Below are positions 26,947 to 40,289 of a stretch of DNA of 64,000 nt, in pieces (the stretch's first letter is position 1; each line of letters opens with the position of its first letter). Source of the stretch: Octopus vulgaris (taxonomy: Eukaryota); contig OX597815.1 of assembly GCA_951406725.2 (NCBI GenBank), forward strand, positions 213,900,001-213,964,000, read 5' to 3'. Made by a program: the position numbers and the translations under genes. The notes below the pieces were generated by a model. The model was not told the origin of the DNA and made no database searches. It was given only the letters and a program-made list of their open reading frames with translations.

Positions 26947-27145
26947 GTGTGTGCGCGCGTGTTTATCCAAGAGAAGGAGCAATATTAAAGGGAAATGATT
27001 GATGATAAGGTTAGAAAATGAGGATTAAGATTTCGCCTCATGTGTGTATACCTACCTACATACACTCAATAACTCTACATAAGTATGTATATATATATAT
27101 ATGTGTGTGTGTATACGCGTGTGCATGTATGTTAATATACGTATT

Positions 27146-27357
27146 AGGCGGCGAGCTGGCTGAATCGGTAGCCTGTCGGGCAAAAAAGCAGCTTTTCGTC
27201 CGTTATTACATTTTGAGTTCAAATTCCGCCGAGGTCGAGTTTGCTTTTCATCCTTTCGGGGGTCGATAAAATAAGTACCAGTTGAACACTGGGGTCAATG
27301 TAATCGACTTGCTCTCTCCTCCTAAACTGCTGGCCGTGTGCTGAAATTTGAAACCAA
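27146..27357 (+). mobile_element. SINE-A copy
   Basis: ggcggcgagctggc head, core, and gctgaaatttgaaacc tail. Confidence 0.9.
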
Positions 27358-28194
27358 TATTCAAACATATAAATGTATGTTAAATAGCTGTATAATTCAC
27401 TTCAGATTTATTTCATAAGGTGTCAACATTTTTGTGAGACAAGTGCGACCTGTTCAGTGATATAGTTCCATTGTAAAATAGAATACTAATTTATCCAGGA
27501 AAAGTTTTATTTCTCATGTATTTAATACAACGCATACCATCTTATATGGGCCAATCTTTTTCGAGAAGCAGGCCGCATGAGACATGCCACATCATCAGGT
27601 GGCTCACAATACTAAAACAAGTCAAGATAACTTTTCGTTGGTGTGCCATCCAGTAAGTTTCGCAGGCCACAGTTTACTTATGACTGTTCTATAGTGGAGG
27701 TGCGTGGTTTAGTGATTAGGGTTCTGGATTCAGGATCGCAAGATTATGGTTTCGATTCCTGGACCGGGAGCCGCGTTGTGCTCTTGAACAAAAAACTTCA
27801 TTTCACGCTGCTGCAGTCTACTTAGCAGGCAAAATCAAATAACTCTGCGACGAACCGATGCGGAATTTGTACGCCTTGGAAACCAGGAAACCGGCCCTTA
27901 TGAGTCGGCAGACTGGAGAAGATAACTTTCCTTTTTAACTTTATGACTGTTCTATTGTCTCAAACTAAGCCAACGTGTGTCGCTGAAATAGGATTGATGG
28001 AAATTGTAATTTAGATGTGCAGCTATGTTGTATACTGTGTCGTAGTGACTCTGCCTGAGAATTACGTCCAGGGTACACGTGACTGTGGAATGCTCATCTA
28101 CTGAGTCCTCATCCTGAAACAGGAGAGATTCATCACTACCACTAACACGCACGCACACTCACACATACAAAGACACATGCGCGCGTGCACACAC

Positions 28195-28702
<508 letters not shown>

Positions 28703-29106
28703 TATTTTTATAAAGAAAACTTCGCTGTGAACTTCGTCAATATAACTGGATTAACAATGGTGCAAAGCTCAAAGCCATTTAACTCCAGATTGACGGCACC
28801 TCTTTTAAGATAAATGATTATAACGCATAGTGTATTTGAAAATCGACTTACTGCGTTAGTGGCATTAGCTGCTCCCGAATGTGCCGATAGATAAGTGATA
28901 CTTCAACTCGAATTTGTTTGAGAAGATACGTGATATCGAAGTCGCTGATTAAATTCATTTCTGCCCTTCACCATCTCACTATGAGAAGCTCGTCGAAAAG
29001 TTTAGATGTTGATTATTCATCACAGTGAGGCGAAACCTTAATCCTCATTTTCTAATCTTATTTTACATCAATCATTTCTCTTTAATATTGCTCCTTCTCT
29101 TGGATA

Positions 29107-29145
<39 letters not shown>

Positions 29146-29278
29146 GCACGCACGGACGCACACGCACACACACACACACACACACGCACACACACATATA
29201 TATACACACATGCGCACACACACTTATATACATATCTATCTATCTGTCTAGCTGTCTAACTCTCTGACTGTCTGTTTT

Positions 29279-29335
<57 letters not shown>

Positions 29336-29374
29336 TTATCTATCTATCTGTCTGTCTGTCTATCTTTCTTTCTT

Positions 29375-29449
<75 letters not shown>

Positions 29450-29450
29450 T

Positions 29451-29519
<69 letters not shown>

Positions 29520-29580
29520 ATATATATATATACACACACGCACGTATATATGTATGTATATATATACACACATACATATA

Positions 29581-29965
29581 GGCGTAGGAGTGACTGTGTG
29601 GTAAGTAGCTTGCTTATGAACCACATGGTTCCGGGTTCAATCCCACTGCGTGGCACCTTCGGTAGGTGTGTCTTCTGCTAATAACCTCGGGCCGAACAAA
29701 GCCTTGTGAGTAGATTTGGTAGACAGAAACTGAAAGAAGCCCGTCGTATACATGTATATATTTATGTATATATGTGTGTCTGTGTTTGTCCCCCCAACAT
29801 CGCTTGACAACCGATTCTGGTGTGTTTACGTCCCAGTAAGTTAGCGGTTCGGCTAAAGAGACCGATATAATAAGTACTAGGCTTACAAATTTTTGCTCGA
29901 CTAAAGGCTGTGCTCCAGCATGGCCACAGTCAAACGACTGAAACAAGTAAAAGAATAAAAGAAAA
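29581..29965 (+). mobile_element. SINE-B, near full length
   Basis: ggcgtaggagtgactgtgtggtaag head with B-box GGTTCAATCCC, central microsatellite, conserved tail. Confidence 0.9.
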
Positions 29966-31087
29966 ATAATAAATACATACATACATACATACATACATAC
30001 ATACATACATACATACATGATATTCAATTGACCAAATTATAATATTCTGCAATACTATTGCGTACAATGTCAATGAAAGATGAAACAAAAAAATGCCCAA
30101 GAAAGCATTTGAACTTCCGGCGGTGAAGTAACCAAAGAGCATCTAATTTTAACTTTCCGTTCTAACGGCCATACATTTATTATTGCTGTGTGTATTAACG
30201 TTATTGTCTCGAATTCTCTCGACCATTTTCATAATGGAGGCTTGCTGTTGTTTGGTTGCTTGTTTATCTCAGCCATTCAGCTTGCCAAATAGTGGTTTAG
30301 AATTGAAGACGAATTACCAGAATCTCCAGTGAATAGGCTGCGTGTGTAGGATTCTTAAATATTCATTCCTTTCAAATTCAATGATTGTTGATTTCTTTAT
30401 CCTGTCACAATTAATTATCGTGTAAATGATTTATGTAACTTTTATATAGTTCTATTAAACAAAAGACGTTATTCTCAAATGACCGTTGATGTGAAAAGTC
30501 TTCGTAAATTAAGACAATAAAGCTGATACAAATGAGTAGAAAATTGTGCTTTCCTCTGTTTAGATCAATCGACCAACGAATGAGAAAGTCTGGTAACATA
30601 GCAATTTAACATCTTAATGTTGAACAGCGAATATTGATGTTACAAGAAGCAATTAAGCAGGAAAAGAATATGTAAGCACCATTATTCAACTCTAAATGGT
30701 TTAAGGTAGAGTACAAAACTTAGTTACAAAGAGTTGCTATTAGAAAACTTAAATCTAAAAGTAATATATCAACTATATAGTCACTACTAAAACCAGTTAT
30801 GTGCATAACACCAAGGACACACCTCTATTAAATTATACACATTGAAATCAATGTTTTAAATTTCTTTGTAGAATGACATATGTTTCCTGGCTTGAAAAAT
30901 TTAGCAAAGTTGACAGCAATATGTTATGTAGTCATGTACTATCATATTTAAGATGTTCATGTACAGAGAAGCGGGTGGGGGTGGGGGGTGCGACTGGCGC
31001 TATCGTAAAAATGGTAGATTTCTTTTTCAGTGAACGTTTCGGCGTTCTCTGCTGTGAGTTCAAATCTATCTTAGGTTAACTTTTTGT

Positions 31088-31249
31088 AGGCGTAGGTGTG
31101 GCTACATGGTAAAGAGTTTAAATGCCACCCACATGGATCTTGGTTTAGTCCCACTGCGTGCCACCTTGATCAAGTGTCTTCTGCTATAGCTTCGGATCAG
31201 CCAAAGCCTTGTCAGTGCATTTGGTACATGAAAACTGAATGAAACCCGT

Positions 31250-31307
<58 letters not shown>

Positions 31308-31319
31308 TATATGTATACT

Positions 31320-31358
<39 letters not shown>

Positions 31359-31600
31359 CTGTATCTCCCTATATATATATATGTATATATATATAAATTC
31401 TTTTATTCTTTTACTTGTTTCAGTCATTTGACTGCGGCCGTGCTGCAGCACGGCCTTGAGTCGAACAAATCGACCCCAGGACTTATTCTTTCTAAGCCTA
31501 GTACTTATTCTATCGGTCTCTTTTGTCAAACCGCTAAGTTACGGGGACGTAAAAGCACCAGCATCGGTTACCAAAACCACTCACAAGGCTTTGGTGGGCC
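31088..31600. mobile_element. SINE-B 5' half (+) and SINE-B 3' half (-) around a (TA)n tract
   Basis: 31088-31250 head on plus, 31400-31600 tail on minus. Confidence 0.8.
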
Positions 31601-31635
31601 AGAGACGGGAAATGGAATATACGAGTAACTTTATT

Positions 31636-31744
31636 GCTCACAACGATCGTTTCGACGCATCTTGCATTGATCCCTCGCGGATCGGATACTGTGCAGCTTG
31701 TTGTGGTGCATCTGTCGGTGCAGACGCTTCTCCTCGGGTGATGC
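31636..31744 (-). ncRNA. Type I hammerhead ribozyme-like motif with long stem II (decayed)
   Basis: Minus gcaucac-CCGAGGA-gaagcgucugca...ugcaagaugcguc-GAAAC-gauc-GUU-gugagc. Stems I and II pair, stem III is palindromic, and the core has U4 changed to C. Confidence 0.6.
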
Positions 31745-32362
31745 CATAAGGGTTATCTCATTAAACAAATTCTGCTTCACTCGGTTTTAATACAACAAGC
31801 CGTTAGCGACAGTATGTTTAAGCCTTCGAGCAGGAATCCCACTCGCAAGAGATCAATGTAAGGTGCGTGGAAACGATCATTGTGAGTAATAAATTTTCTC
31901 GTATATTCCATTTTCCATCTTTTGTAATATATTCAACGTACGCTAACGAATCCCTGAGGAAGATCCAGCGACGATGGTGCAAATATCGTGGATGACGTCA
32001 GGTAGCTATTGACTGTGAACGTGATTCATCGGTTTACTACTAGGAACGTACCCAGCACTTAAATATTTATACAAACACGCGCGCGGGCAATATAATGTCC
32101 TGTTCTGTGATAGGAAATTCAACAAAGAAAGTATTCCATCGGCCTTCTGTTTCTTTCGCTTTTCTTCTCTTATTTAATTTTTCAGTTCGTTATAATATGT
32201 GGTTTGTGCCTGATGAATATGTTTGAGATATTTCTCAACATATGAAACTACGAGTAGCACCTCAAGACATGTATTATGCCCTTTAAATAAATAATACATA
32301 TATATATATATCAATGTAGGGACACGATATTTCGTTATGCAGCTATGATATATTACAAAGTA

Positions 32363-32541
32363 CCGCATTTTAACATGTATACGGAACCCCTTTTTGTCAA
32401 AAATTATGTTCAAAAAGTATGGGAGTTTCTTATACATGGATAGTATTATAATCTCTTTACAAAACCTTTTTTCCAAATTTGAAGCCTCAAAATTAGGGGT
32501 ACCCTTATATACGAGGATTCCTTATACAAGTTAAAATACGG
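32363..32541. mobile_element. pogo/Tc1-mariner-type MITE
   Basis: TA|CCGCATTTTAACATGTATACGGAA ... TTCCTTATACAAGTTAAAATACGG|TA. Confidence 0.8.
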
Positions 32542-33176
32542 TATATTAAACGTTTTTATAAGTCAGTACCTTGTACACTGTGTTAGCAGTGCTATTACAT
32601 CACTTGTTAAGGTTATCTCTACGGATCTTTTTATAGAAATTTTAGCCAACACTTTGTGCATGTATGTGTGTGCGTGCGCGTGTGTATGTGTGTGTATGTG
32701 TCTGTGTGTATTCCCCATCACCGCTTGTCAACCGGTGTTGCTGTATTTACGTCCCCGTAACTTAGCAGTTCGGCAAATGTGACCGATAGAATAAGTACCA
32801 GACTTGAAAGAAAATAAAAGTATTTAGTTTGATTCATTCGACTAAAAATTCTTCAAAGCGGTGTCTCGGCATGACCGCAGTGTAATGGCTGAAACGAGTT
32901 AAAGATTAAAGATTAAAAAAAGAAAAAGTTCCACATTAGACTGTACAGGAACCGGCCAAATATGATTTTACATAACTAAATTTCATTTAAAGCTGCTTAT
33001 TGTGCCGCTAATTAATATAATGATTTATTGCATTTCTGACGATGCGCATAACTAGCTCGAATAAATTACGTTTCTTTTTTTCTATAATGAATTTTTTTTT
33101 ACAATTATCCGGAATCTCAGAAAGGTATTTAGCATTACTCATGTCATTATGCTTGAAGTATCTTAAAATAATTGCA

Positions 33177-33338
33177 TAGGCACAGGCGTGGCCGTGTGGT
33201 AAGAAGCTTGCTTTCCAGCCATATGGTCCCTAGTTCAGTCTCACAGCTTAGTAGCTTGGGCAAGTGTCTTCAGCTATAATCTCGAACTCACAAAATCCTT
33301 GTGAATGAATTTGGTAGATGAAAACTGAAAGAAGCCAC

Positions 33339-33385
<47 letters not shown>

Positions 33386-33610
33386 GCACACACACACACA
33401 CCTATGTGTGTATGTCTTTTTGTTTTTGTCCCCCCATCGCTTGACAAACGGTGTTGGTGTGTTTATGTCCCTGTAGCCTAGCAGTTCAGCATGAAAAACT
33501 GATAGAATAAGTACTAGGCTTAAGTAAATAAGTCCTGGGATCAATTCTTTTCAACTAATTGCGGTGCTCCTGCATGGCCGTACTCAGATGAATAAAGCAA
33601 GTAAATAGTA
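33177..33610 (+). mobile_element. SINE-B copy
   Basis: Head, (CA)n centre and tail as at 29581. A further 3' half lies at 32660-32910. Confidence 0.85.
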
Positions 33611-33869
33611 AAAGCTGCATAAACCTTTCTGCAAATGTCATACACTTATACACACACATACGCGCGTGCGTATGTGTGTGTATAAGTGTATGAGTGTGTG
33701 CGTCTGTGCGTGTGTGTGTACGTGTGTCTGTGAATGTGTGTGTGTGTGTGTGTCTGGTAAGTGATTTTATCGAATAAAAGAAAACAGATGGAACATACAC
33801 ATAACAGAATTTAGACACCCATGTTTAAAAATTATATCTAGCATTCGTATAGTAACAGTTAAAAGTACG

Positions 33870-34215
33870 CATGCGTATGGCTCAGTAATTAGAGCGGTGT
33901 GCACACAATCATGAGGTCATGAGTTCGATTCCCGAACCAGGTTGTGTTGTGTTCTGGGACAAGACACTTTATTTCACGTTGCTTCAGTTCACTCAGCTGT
34001 AGAAATGAGGTGCGACTGCACTGGTGCCAAGCTGTATCGGCCCCTTTGCCTTTTGTCTTGGATAACATCAGTGGCATGGAGAGAGGAGGCTGGTATGCGT
34101 AGGCAACTGCTGGTATTCCCTAAACAACCCCTTGCCCGGACTTGTGCTTTGGAGGGGAACTTTCTCGATGGAACCCCTTGACCAGTCATAATCGAAGGGA
34201 GTCTTTACTCTTTAC
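33870..34215 (+). mobile_element. tRNA-derived SINE (another family)
   Basis: A-box tggctcagtaatt, B-box gagttcgattccc, caagacactttatttcacgttgc core, (TTTACTC)n tail. Confidence 0.75.
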
Positions 34216-34233
34216 TCATATTGAACAAATATT

Positions 34234-34836
34234 CTTTTCTACTCTAGACACAAGTCCCAAAATTTGGAGGGAGGGGGCCAGTCGATGCGATCGACCCCAG
34301 TACGCAAGTGGTTCTTAATTTATCGACCCCGAAGGATGAAAAGCAAAGTCGACCTCGGCAGAATTTGAACTCAGAACATGAAGACAGGCAAAATACCTAT
34401 TTCTTTACTACCCACAAGGGGCTAAACACAGAGGGGACAAACAAGGACAAACAAACGGATTAAGTCGATTACATCGACCCCAGTGCGTAACTGGTACTTA
34501 ATTTATCGACCCCGAAAGGATGACAGGCAAAGTCGACCTCGGTGGAATTTGAACTCAGAACGTAACGGCAGACGAAATACCGCTAAGTATTTCACCCGGC
34601 GTACTAACGTTTCTTATTTCTTTACTGCCCACAAGGGGTTACACAGAGAGGGGAGAAACAAGGACAGACAAAGGGATTCGGTCGATTATATAGACCCCAG
34701 CGCGTAACTGGCTCTTATTTAATCGACATAAAAGGCAAAGTCGACCTCGGTGGAATTTGAACTCAGAACGGAGCGGCAGACGAAATACTGTTAAGCGTTT
34801 CGCTCAGCGTGCTAACCACTCTGCCAGCTCGCCGCC
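34234..34836 (-). mobile_element. SINE-A trimer inside one 15-bp target-site duplication
   Basis: TSD tattgaacaaatatt at 34219-34233 and 34842-34856. Internal junctions at 34397|34398 and 34614|34615. Confidence 0.9.
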
Positions 34837-36179
34837 TTCTTTATTGAACAAATATTAATGCAGACATGACACCTATTGGGAAAGTTATTGACAGGCAGAC
34901 AAATGCTATGCACTTATTAAACCATGTACATGAAGAGATTATAAAAAATAAGGGTTATAAAAGCATTAGGCATAAAAGTAAAGTTGAGATACATTTCAAA
35001 AATATGAGCCCAAAAATTCAATAAAATAACCAGTTGTATTAAACGCTTCAGAACTGCGAGATGTGCAAAGGTATGGCTTTGCGAGTTTAGTGTTACATAT
35101 TGCATTGTATATAGGCAACGCTACGGGGGCTTAGAATTCAAAAACTCATTGCATCAAATAATACACAATCTATTTTTCATTCCTTCTTTTTGAAATTTTT
35201 ATTCTATTATATTTACATATTTTTATATTAACTTGTCTCAAGTTGTATTCAATGCTTTATATATGTGTGTCCGTATATGTATGTGAAAGTGTGTGCGTGC
35301 ACCGCACGCACACACACTCACACATACACACACATACACACACACATACGATGTACTTCTTTCAGTTTTCGTCTACCAAATCCACTAATACGGTTTGTCC
35401 AAAGTGCCACGCAGTAGGACTGAAAGCCAGAACCATGCAATTTGGAAGCAAAATCCTCACCACATAGCCACGCCTGCGCTTACATAAACACATATACGCA
35501 CACACATATAAACGCATATATGCGCACCTGCGTACGTGTGTGTGAAAGCTAGTGAGTGTACACACACACACACACATTCATATAACTGTACATATAATTA
35601 TATAATTATACAAAATATGTCTCTATTCTTTAATTTGAAATATTCCAAATTACTGTTAATTTCATTCATGTTTCTAGGTTATTGATCCTGACTTGAAATT
35701 TAATTCATAATTAAAAATCGAAACATAACAATGACTATCGATTTGAATGTCTATTTCCACGTTAGTATCCAATAAATATTAATAAATCGATTACAATTGG
35801 TAGTTTCTTTATATTCAGCTTACTTTTCGAGTTAGCTTTATATATTCTCATATTTTAGACCCTCTTTTTGTCTTTAAAACTTTTTCACCATGAAATTAAA
35901 CCCCTTCATATTGCGTATGTTTATGGTTTATACGGTTTTAGTTATTCCTCATGTCGTGTGTTGCTGGTCTTTATCACAGGATGATGGATTATGCTGTTTT
36001 GCTACAAGAACTAATTCAGCATTTTTCCCCAGATAGAGTATAGCTAAGGATACTCTGTGAAATGTGTCCTTCACCCATTTAATTATAAGGTTTGATTAGA
36101 AAATGATACGTCAATTACATTTTTGCTGTTTGAGCAACTCTCTCGTAGTCTCTTAAGTATGGTTCCATACATTTATTTA

Positions 36180-36830
36180 CAGTAATCACTTGCCATATCG
36201 CGGTTCGCCTATCGCGCCCTCAGTACATCGCGGATTTTTCTGGCTAATATATATAAATTTATATCGTGAACTCCTCAGTACATCGCGGGTTTTTGCGGCC
36301 GATAGGTATTTATATTTTTTTAGATTTTAATTATCTCTGTGGTAATATAAGCAATTTCACGCCTAAAAGTTAATGAATTAATAAATAAAAATACGGTACA
36401 ATGTTAAAATAAAAATACGGTATAATGTTAAAATAAAAATACGGTATAATATTAAAAGAAAATACGTGATGTACCGTAGATGAGTAAACAAAGAACCGCA
36501 CATACTGTAAGGAAAACAAAACTTGGAAGGCGAGTGTGGTGTTGCTTTGCATTTATAAAAAAATAAATATATTGCTTACTGCCATATCACGTTGAAAGCA
36601 GCGGTTCTCGTCCGATCACCGAAGTTAAGTAACGTCGAGTCTAGTTAGTACTTAGATGGGTGACCGCTTGGGAAACCTAGATGCTGTAAGGGTCACACAT
36701 TTTTAACGGCAGTGCATCAGCATGACCGCAGCTCTGAGCTGAAACTAGAGAGAAAAAAATATACAGATTTTCACCTATCGCAGGGGTTGGGGGTTGGAAC
36801 GTAACACCCGCGATAGCCGAGGGATTACTG
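36180..36830. mobile_element. Tigger/pogo-type MITE hosting the 5S chimera
   Basis: TA|CAGTAATCACTTGCCATATCGCGG ... CCCGCGATAGCCGAGGGATTACTG|TA, with an internal 24-bp tandem repeat (about three copies) at 36380-36465. Confidence 0.85.
36574..36691 (+). pseudogene. 5S rRNA-derived sequence (retrocopy or SINE3 head)
   Basis: gcttactgccatatcacgttgaaagcagcggttctcgtccgatcaccgaagttaag...agtacttagatgggtgaccgcttgggaaacctagatgctgtaag is a full-length metazoan 5S with a few substitutions, including box C. Single copy, not in an rDNA array. Confidence 0.9.
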
Positions 36831-37540
36831 TATATCGTAGCAGTGACAGTTATAATGGTGGAGAAGTGCGATACAAGAGGTAATTATGCTGGTTTTTATA
36901 AGTAATGGTAATACGGGGTGGAAGTCAGGTGCTAGTGTCTAATCTGTTGGAGATGTTTGTGGAGTTGTTGGCAGTTACATAAGCAGTCTTTCATCTTGTA
37001 TCTTTTACTTGCCTCAGTCATTGTTAGGCTGTGGCCATGATGGAGTAAAACTCCTTGAAGAATTTTTTTATTTTAAGCCTGGTACTTATTCTATCCAACT
37101 GTGTTTGCAATGTATTTGAATGTCGTCGTTCATGTATTCATGCGATGGAAAAAGTGTTTTTCTAATGATGTAATGTCTCCACCAATCAATTACAAAATTC
37201 GTTGGAAACAGCTGTAGTGAATTGATACATTACCCATCTGTTGTTATTTATTCGTTTATTATCGCCTTTATCGGAACCTGCTCCTTGCATAAATCTGAAG
37301 TAAAATATGGACCGTACATTTATTACAATGTGCGTCTCTTAATTAACCTCAGAGCTATTACTATACTCAGTCGGGTACAGTTAATCGTATACGTAACCCG
37401 AATATCCTTCTGCCTGTACTTCGGCCGCCTCATATATATTCATCTATATTTGTTGTGTAAACATTTTCCTTTTCGACTCGATCCGGTGCCTTCCATTAAG
37501 TACCTGATACACTTGAATCCTGATCTATTACACACAAACA

Positions 37541-37599
<59 letters not shown>

Positions 37600-38085
37600 G
37601 CATCCAGTGTGATATGTAGCTACTGCGAATATAATGCAGTATTATGAAATTTAACAAAATAAAAAAGAAAGAAAGGAAAAATGAAATCGCATTTAAAGAA
37701 ATAGCCTGTGTATTATATGCAGATGTGGTTAACAAAGTGATACAGTGGTGCCAAATCTACGATGTTATCTGTAAATTAGAAGAAGAGGAAGTAAGTTGAA
37801 ACGATTAACCGAAAGATGGCAGTTATTTGAGAGTTGATGTTGAGGAGACAACCTGATGCAATCGTGTAACACAATGTAAGTTTCAACTTCTTTGCAATCT
37901 GACGCTTTCCTAATGCCTCTTTATATTTTGCCGCTTTATTCATTTTGTTGTTTATTCATTAATGTGGCATTCGTTATACATGTATACACACACATACATG
38001 TGTACACGCAAACAAATATGTAAAATTATATACATACGTACAGTCATAAGTATATACATACAATACATATGTACATATGTATATA

Positions 38086-38127
<42 letters not shown>

Positions 38128-38240
38128 CTTGTGTGTGTATGAGTGTGTGTGTGCATATGTATATATGTATATAAATGTGTGTGTGTGTGTGCATATGTAT
38201 GTATGTATGTATGTATGTAAATGTGTGTGTGTGTGTGTGC

Positions 38241-38286
<46 letters not shown>

Positions 38287-38562
38287 GTGTGTGTGTGTGT
38301 GTGTGCAGAAGGAAAACGCAATTACTACAGCTTTTCTACGCTGCATGAAAAGGAAATTTCATCTGTCTCCAAAATGTGTGTCAAAAATTAGAGCAAAACA
38401 AATATAAATGATGAGGACGATGGTGATGGTGTGTGAGGTGGTGGTTGTTGTTGTGGTGAAGATGGTAGTTGTGATGGAGCTAGTGGTGGTGGTGGTGGTG
38501 GTGGTGGTGACGAATTCGACAATGACGACTATCCTGCCAGTACTGCGACTGCTGCGTCTGCT

Positions 38563-38596
<34 letters not shown>

Positions 38597-39215
38597 ATGG
38601 TGATGTAGCAGTGGTGGTTGTGGAGGCGGTGGTGGTGCTGGTGACTATGTCTGTGAGGACGCCGATGACAAAGACGATGCTGCTGCCGTTACTGCTGCTG
38701 CTGCTGATGATGATGATTGTTGATGACGACGACGATGATGCTGATGACAAGAGGATGAGATCGACTACCCTGGCGTCTGCAGACACACACAAACTAACCG
38801 AAACACATTATAAATAAAAAGTTGAGGTTATTGTTTTTTTCCCCCCTTTTAAGTTCCGGAGTGAAAATAACGCCAAACAGTTGTTTGCAAACTCTCCTTC
38901 ACTATTCCTTATAACTGCAATATTATAACTAAACAGTTTTTGCTACACCTACCTGACCAAATCTTTAAGCATTATCTTTTATTTCTCTTCATTTCTTAAA
39001 TATTTATTTCAGGAAACAATATTAGAGATTCTCGTTCCGTCTTCTGAAAACTGATCTGGAATATTAAAGAACGACATTTTAAATGTGAAAAGGAAGCAAT
39101 TTAAAGTTTCTCTACTTTCACAGAATAAAATTTTGTGACAGTAATTACAGAAACAGGCGTTTGTTACTTTAGGAGCTGTAAATGGTAGCAGCAGCAGCAG
39201 CAGTAGTAGTAGTAT

Positions 39216-39285
39216 TTTATTGGCCACAAGAGCCGAAAAAATATAGGACAATACAGAGACAAAGGTCATTTACACATATAAGCAT
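39216..39285 (-). mobile_element. Very short 3' end of a Tx1-like LINE
   Basis: Minus ...ttgtcctatattttttcggctcttgtggccaataaaatactact resembles the end of the element at 57680-58272. Confidence 0.55.
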
Positions 39286-39300
39286 TAAAGCAATAATAAT

Positions 39301-39516
39301 TAGTTTCAAATTTTGGCACAAGGCCAGCAAATTCGAGGGAGGGGCGTAAGCCGATTCTAGCGACCCCATTGCTCAACTAGTACTTATTTTATCGGCCTCC
39401 TAAAGGATGAAAGGCAAAGCCGACCGCGGCGGAATTTGAACTTAGAACGTGAAGAAGGACAGAATGCCGCTAAGTATTTCGCCAGGCTTGCTAACGATTC
39501 TGCCAGCTCGCCGCCT
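39301..39516 (-). mobile_element. SINE-A copy with ~18-bp TSD
   Basis: cattaaagcaataataat before and cattaaagaaataattat after. Confidence 0.9.
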
Positions 39517-40289
39517 TCATTAAAGAAATAATTATCAGCAAGAAAATTGTTTAATAACAAAATTACTCAAAAAGGGATTGTACCATCCAGGAGCAAACTC
39601 ACTGGGAACCTCATAGGTCCTGGATCATCCCAAGGGACAAAGGCACCAAAGGAAGATGTCACTTTCCCGCCCGTACTCTTCAACCTATAAGTGCAAGCTC
39701 AGAGTAGGCCTACTCACCCGGGCCATCTTTGTTACATTCGCTCACATTTTAATAAATATATTTGGGAGCAGCACCCCATTCTCTGTCTGCATCTTCCTCT
39801 TTTAATGGTATTTAAAAATAGTCGAGGAAAGCTTCCAATCTCGTCTACCACACATCTTTCACCATTGACAAAAAGCAGACGACAGCTGACTATCTTCCTG
39901 GTTAAAATATGGCTGAGAGATTTTCACGATGATATCAGCCGTTAGCCGGATCTGTCATACACGCGACAGTGTCTCTACGACATAACTCCACAGCTTAAGA
40001 ATGCTGGACTTGTATACGAGTGTATGTAAGATAGTTGCGGCGCCCTAAGCGCATTTAGAAATGTTTCTAATTTAAAGCACAAGTCCAACAATTTTAAGCA
40101 GACATCATCGACCCCAGTATTAGACCCGTACTTTATCTTAACAGACCTTGGAGAAATGTAAGGTAAAATGACCTCGGCGGCATTTGAACTCAGAACGTGA
40201 AAAGAAAATAGAAATATCGCAAGGTTTTCTTACCGAAGCTGTAACAATTATACCAATCCACTGAATTTAATAATAATTATAATCACAAT

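Noticed and set aside
36574-36691. Functional 5S rRNA gene
   Set aside because: Single copy with control-region substitutions, nested in a MITE and followed by a retroposon tail.
37723-37790. Plus-strand exon-like segment ending GAA|GTAAGT
   Set aside because: Isolated, weak acceptor, no recognisable product.
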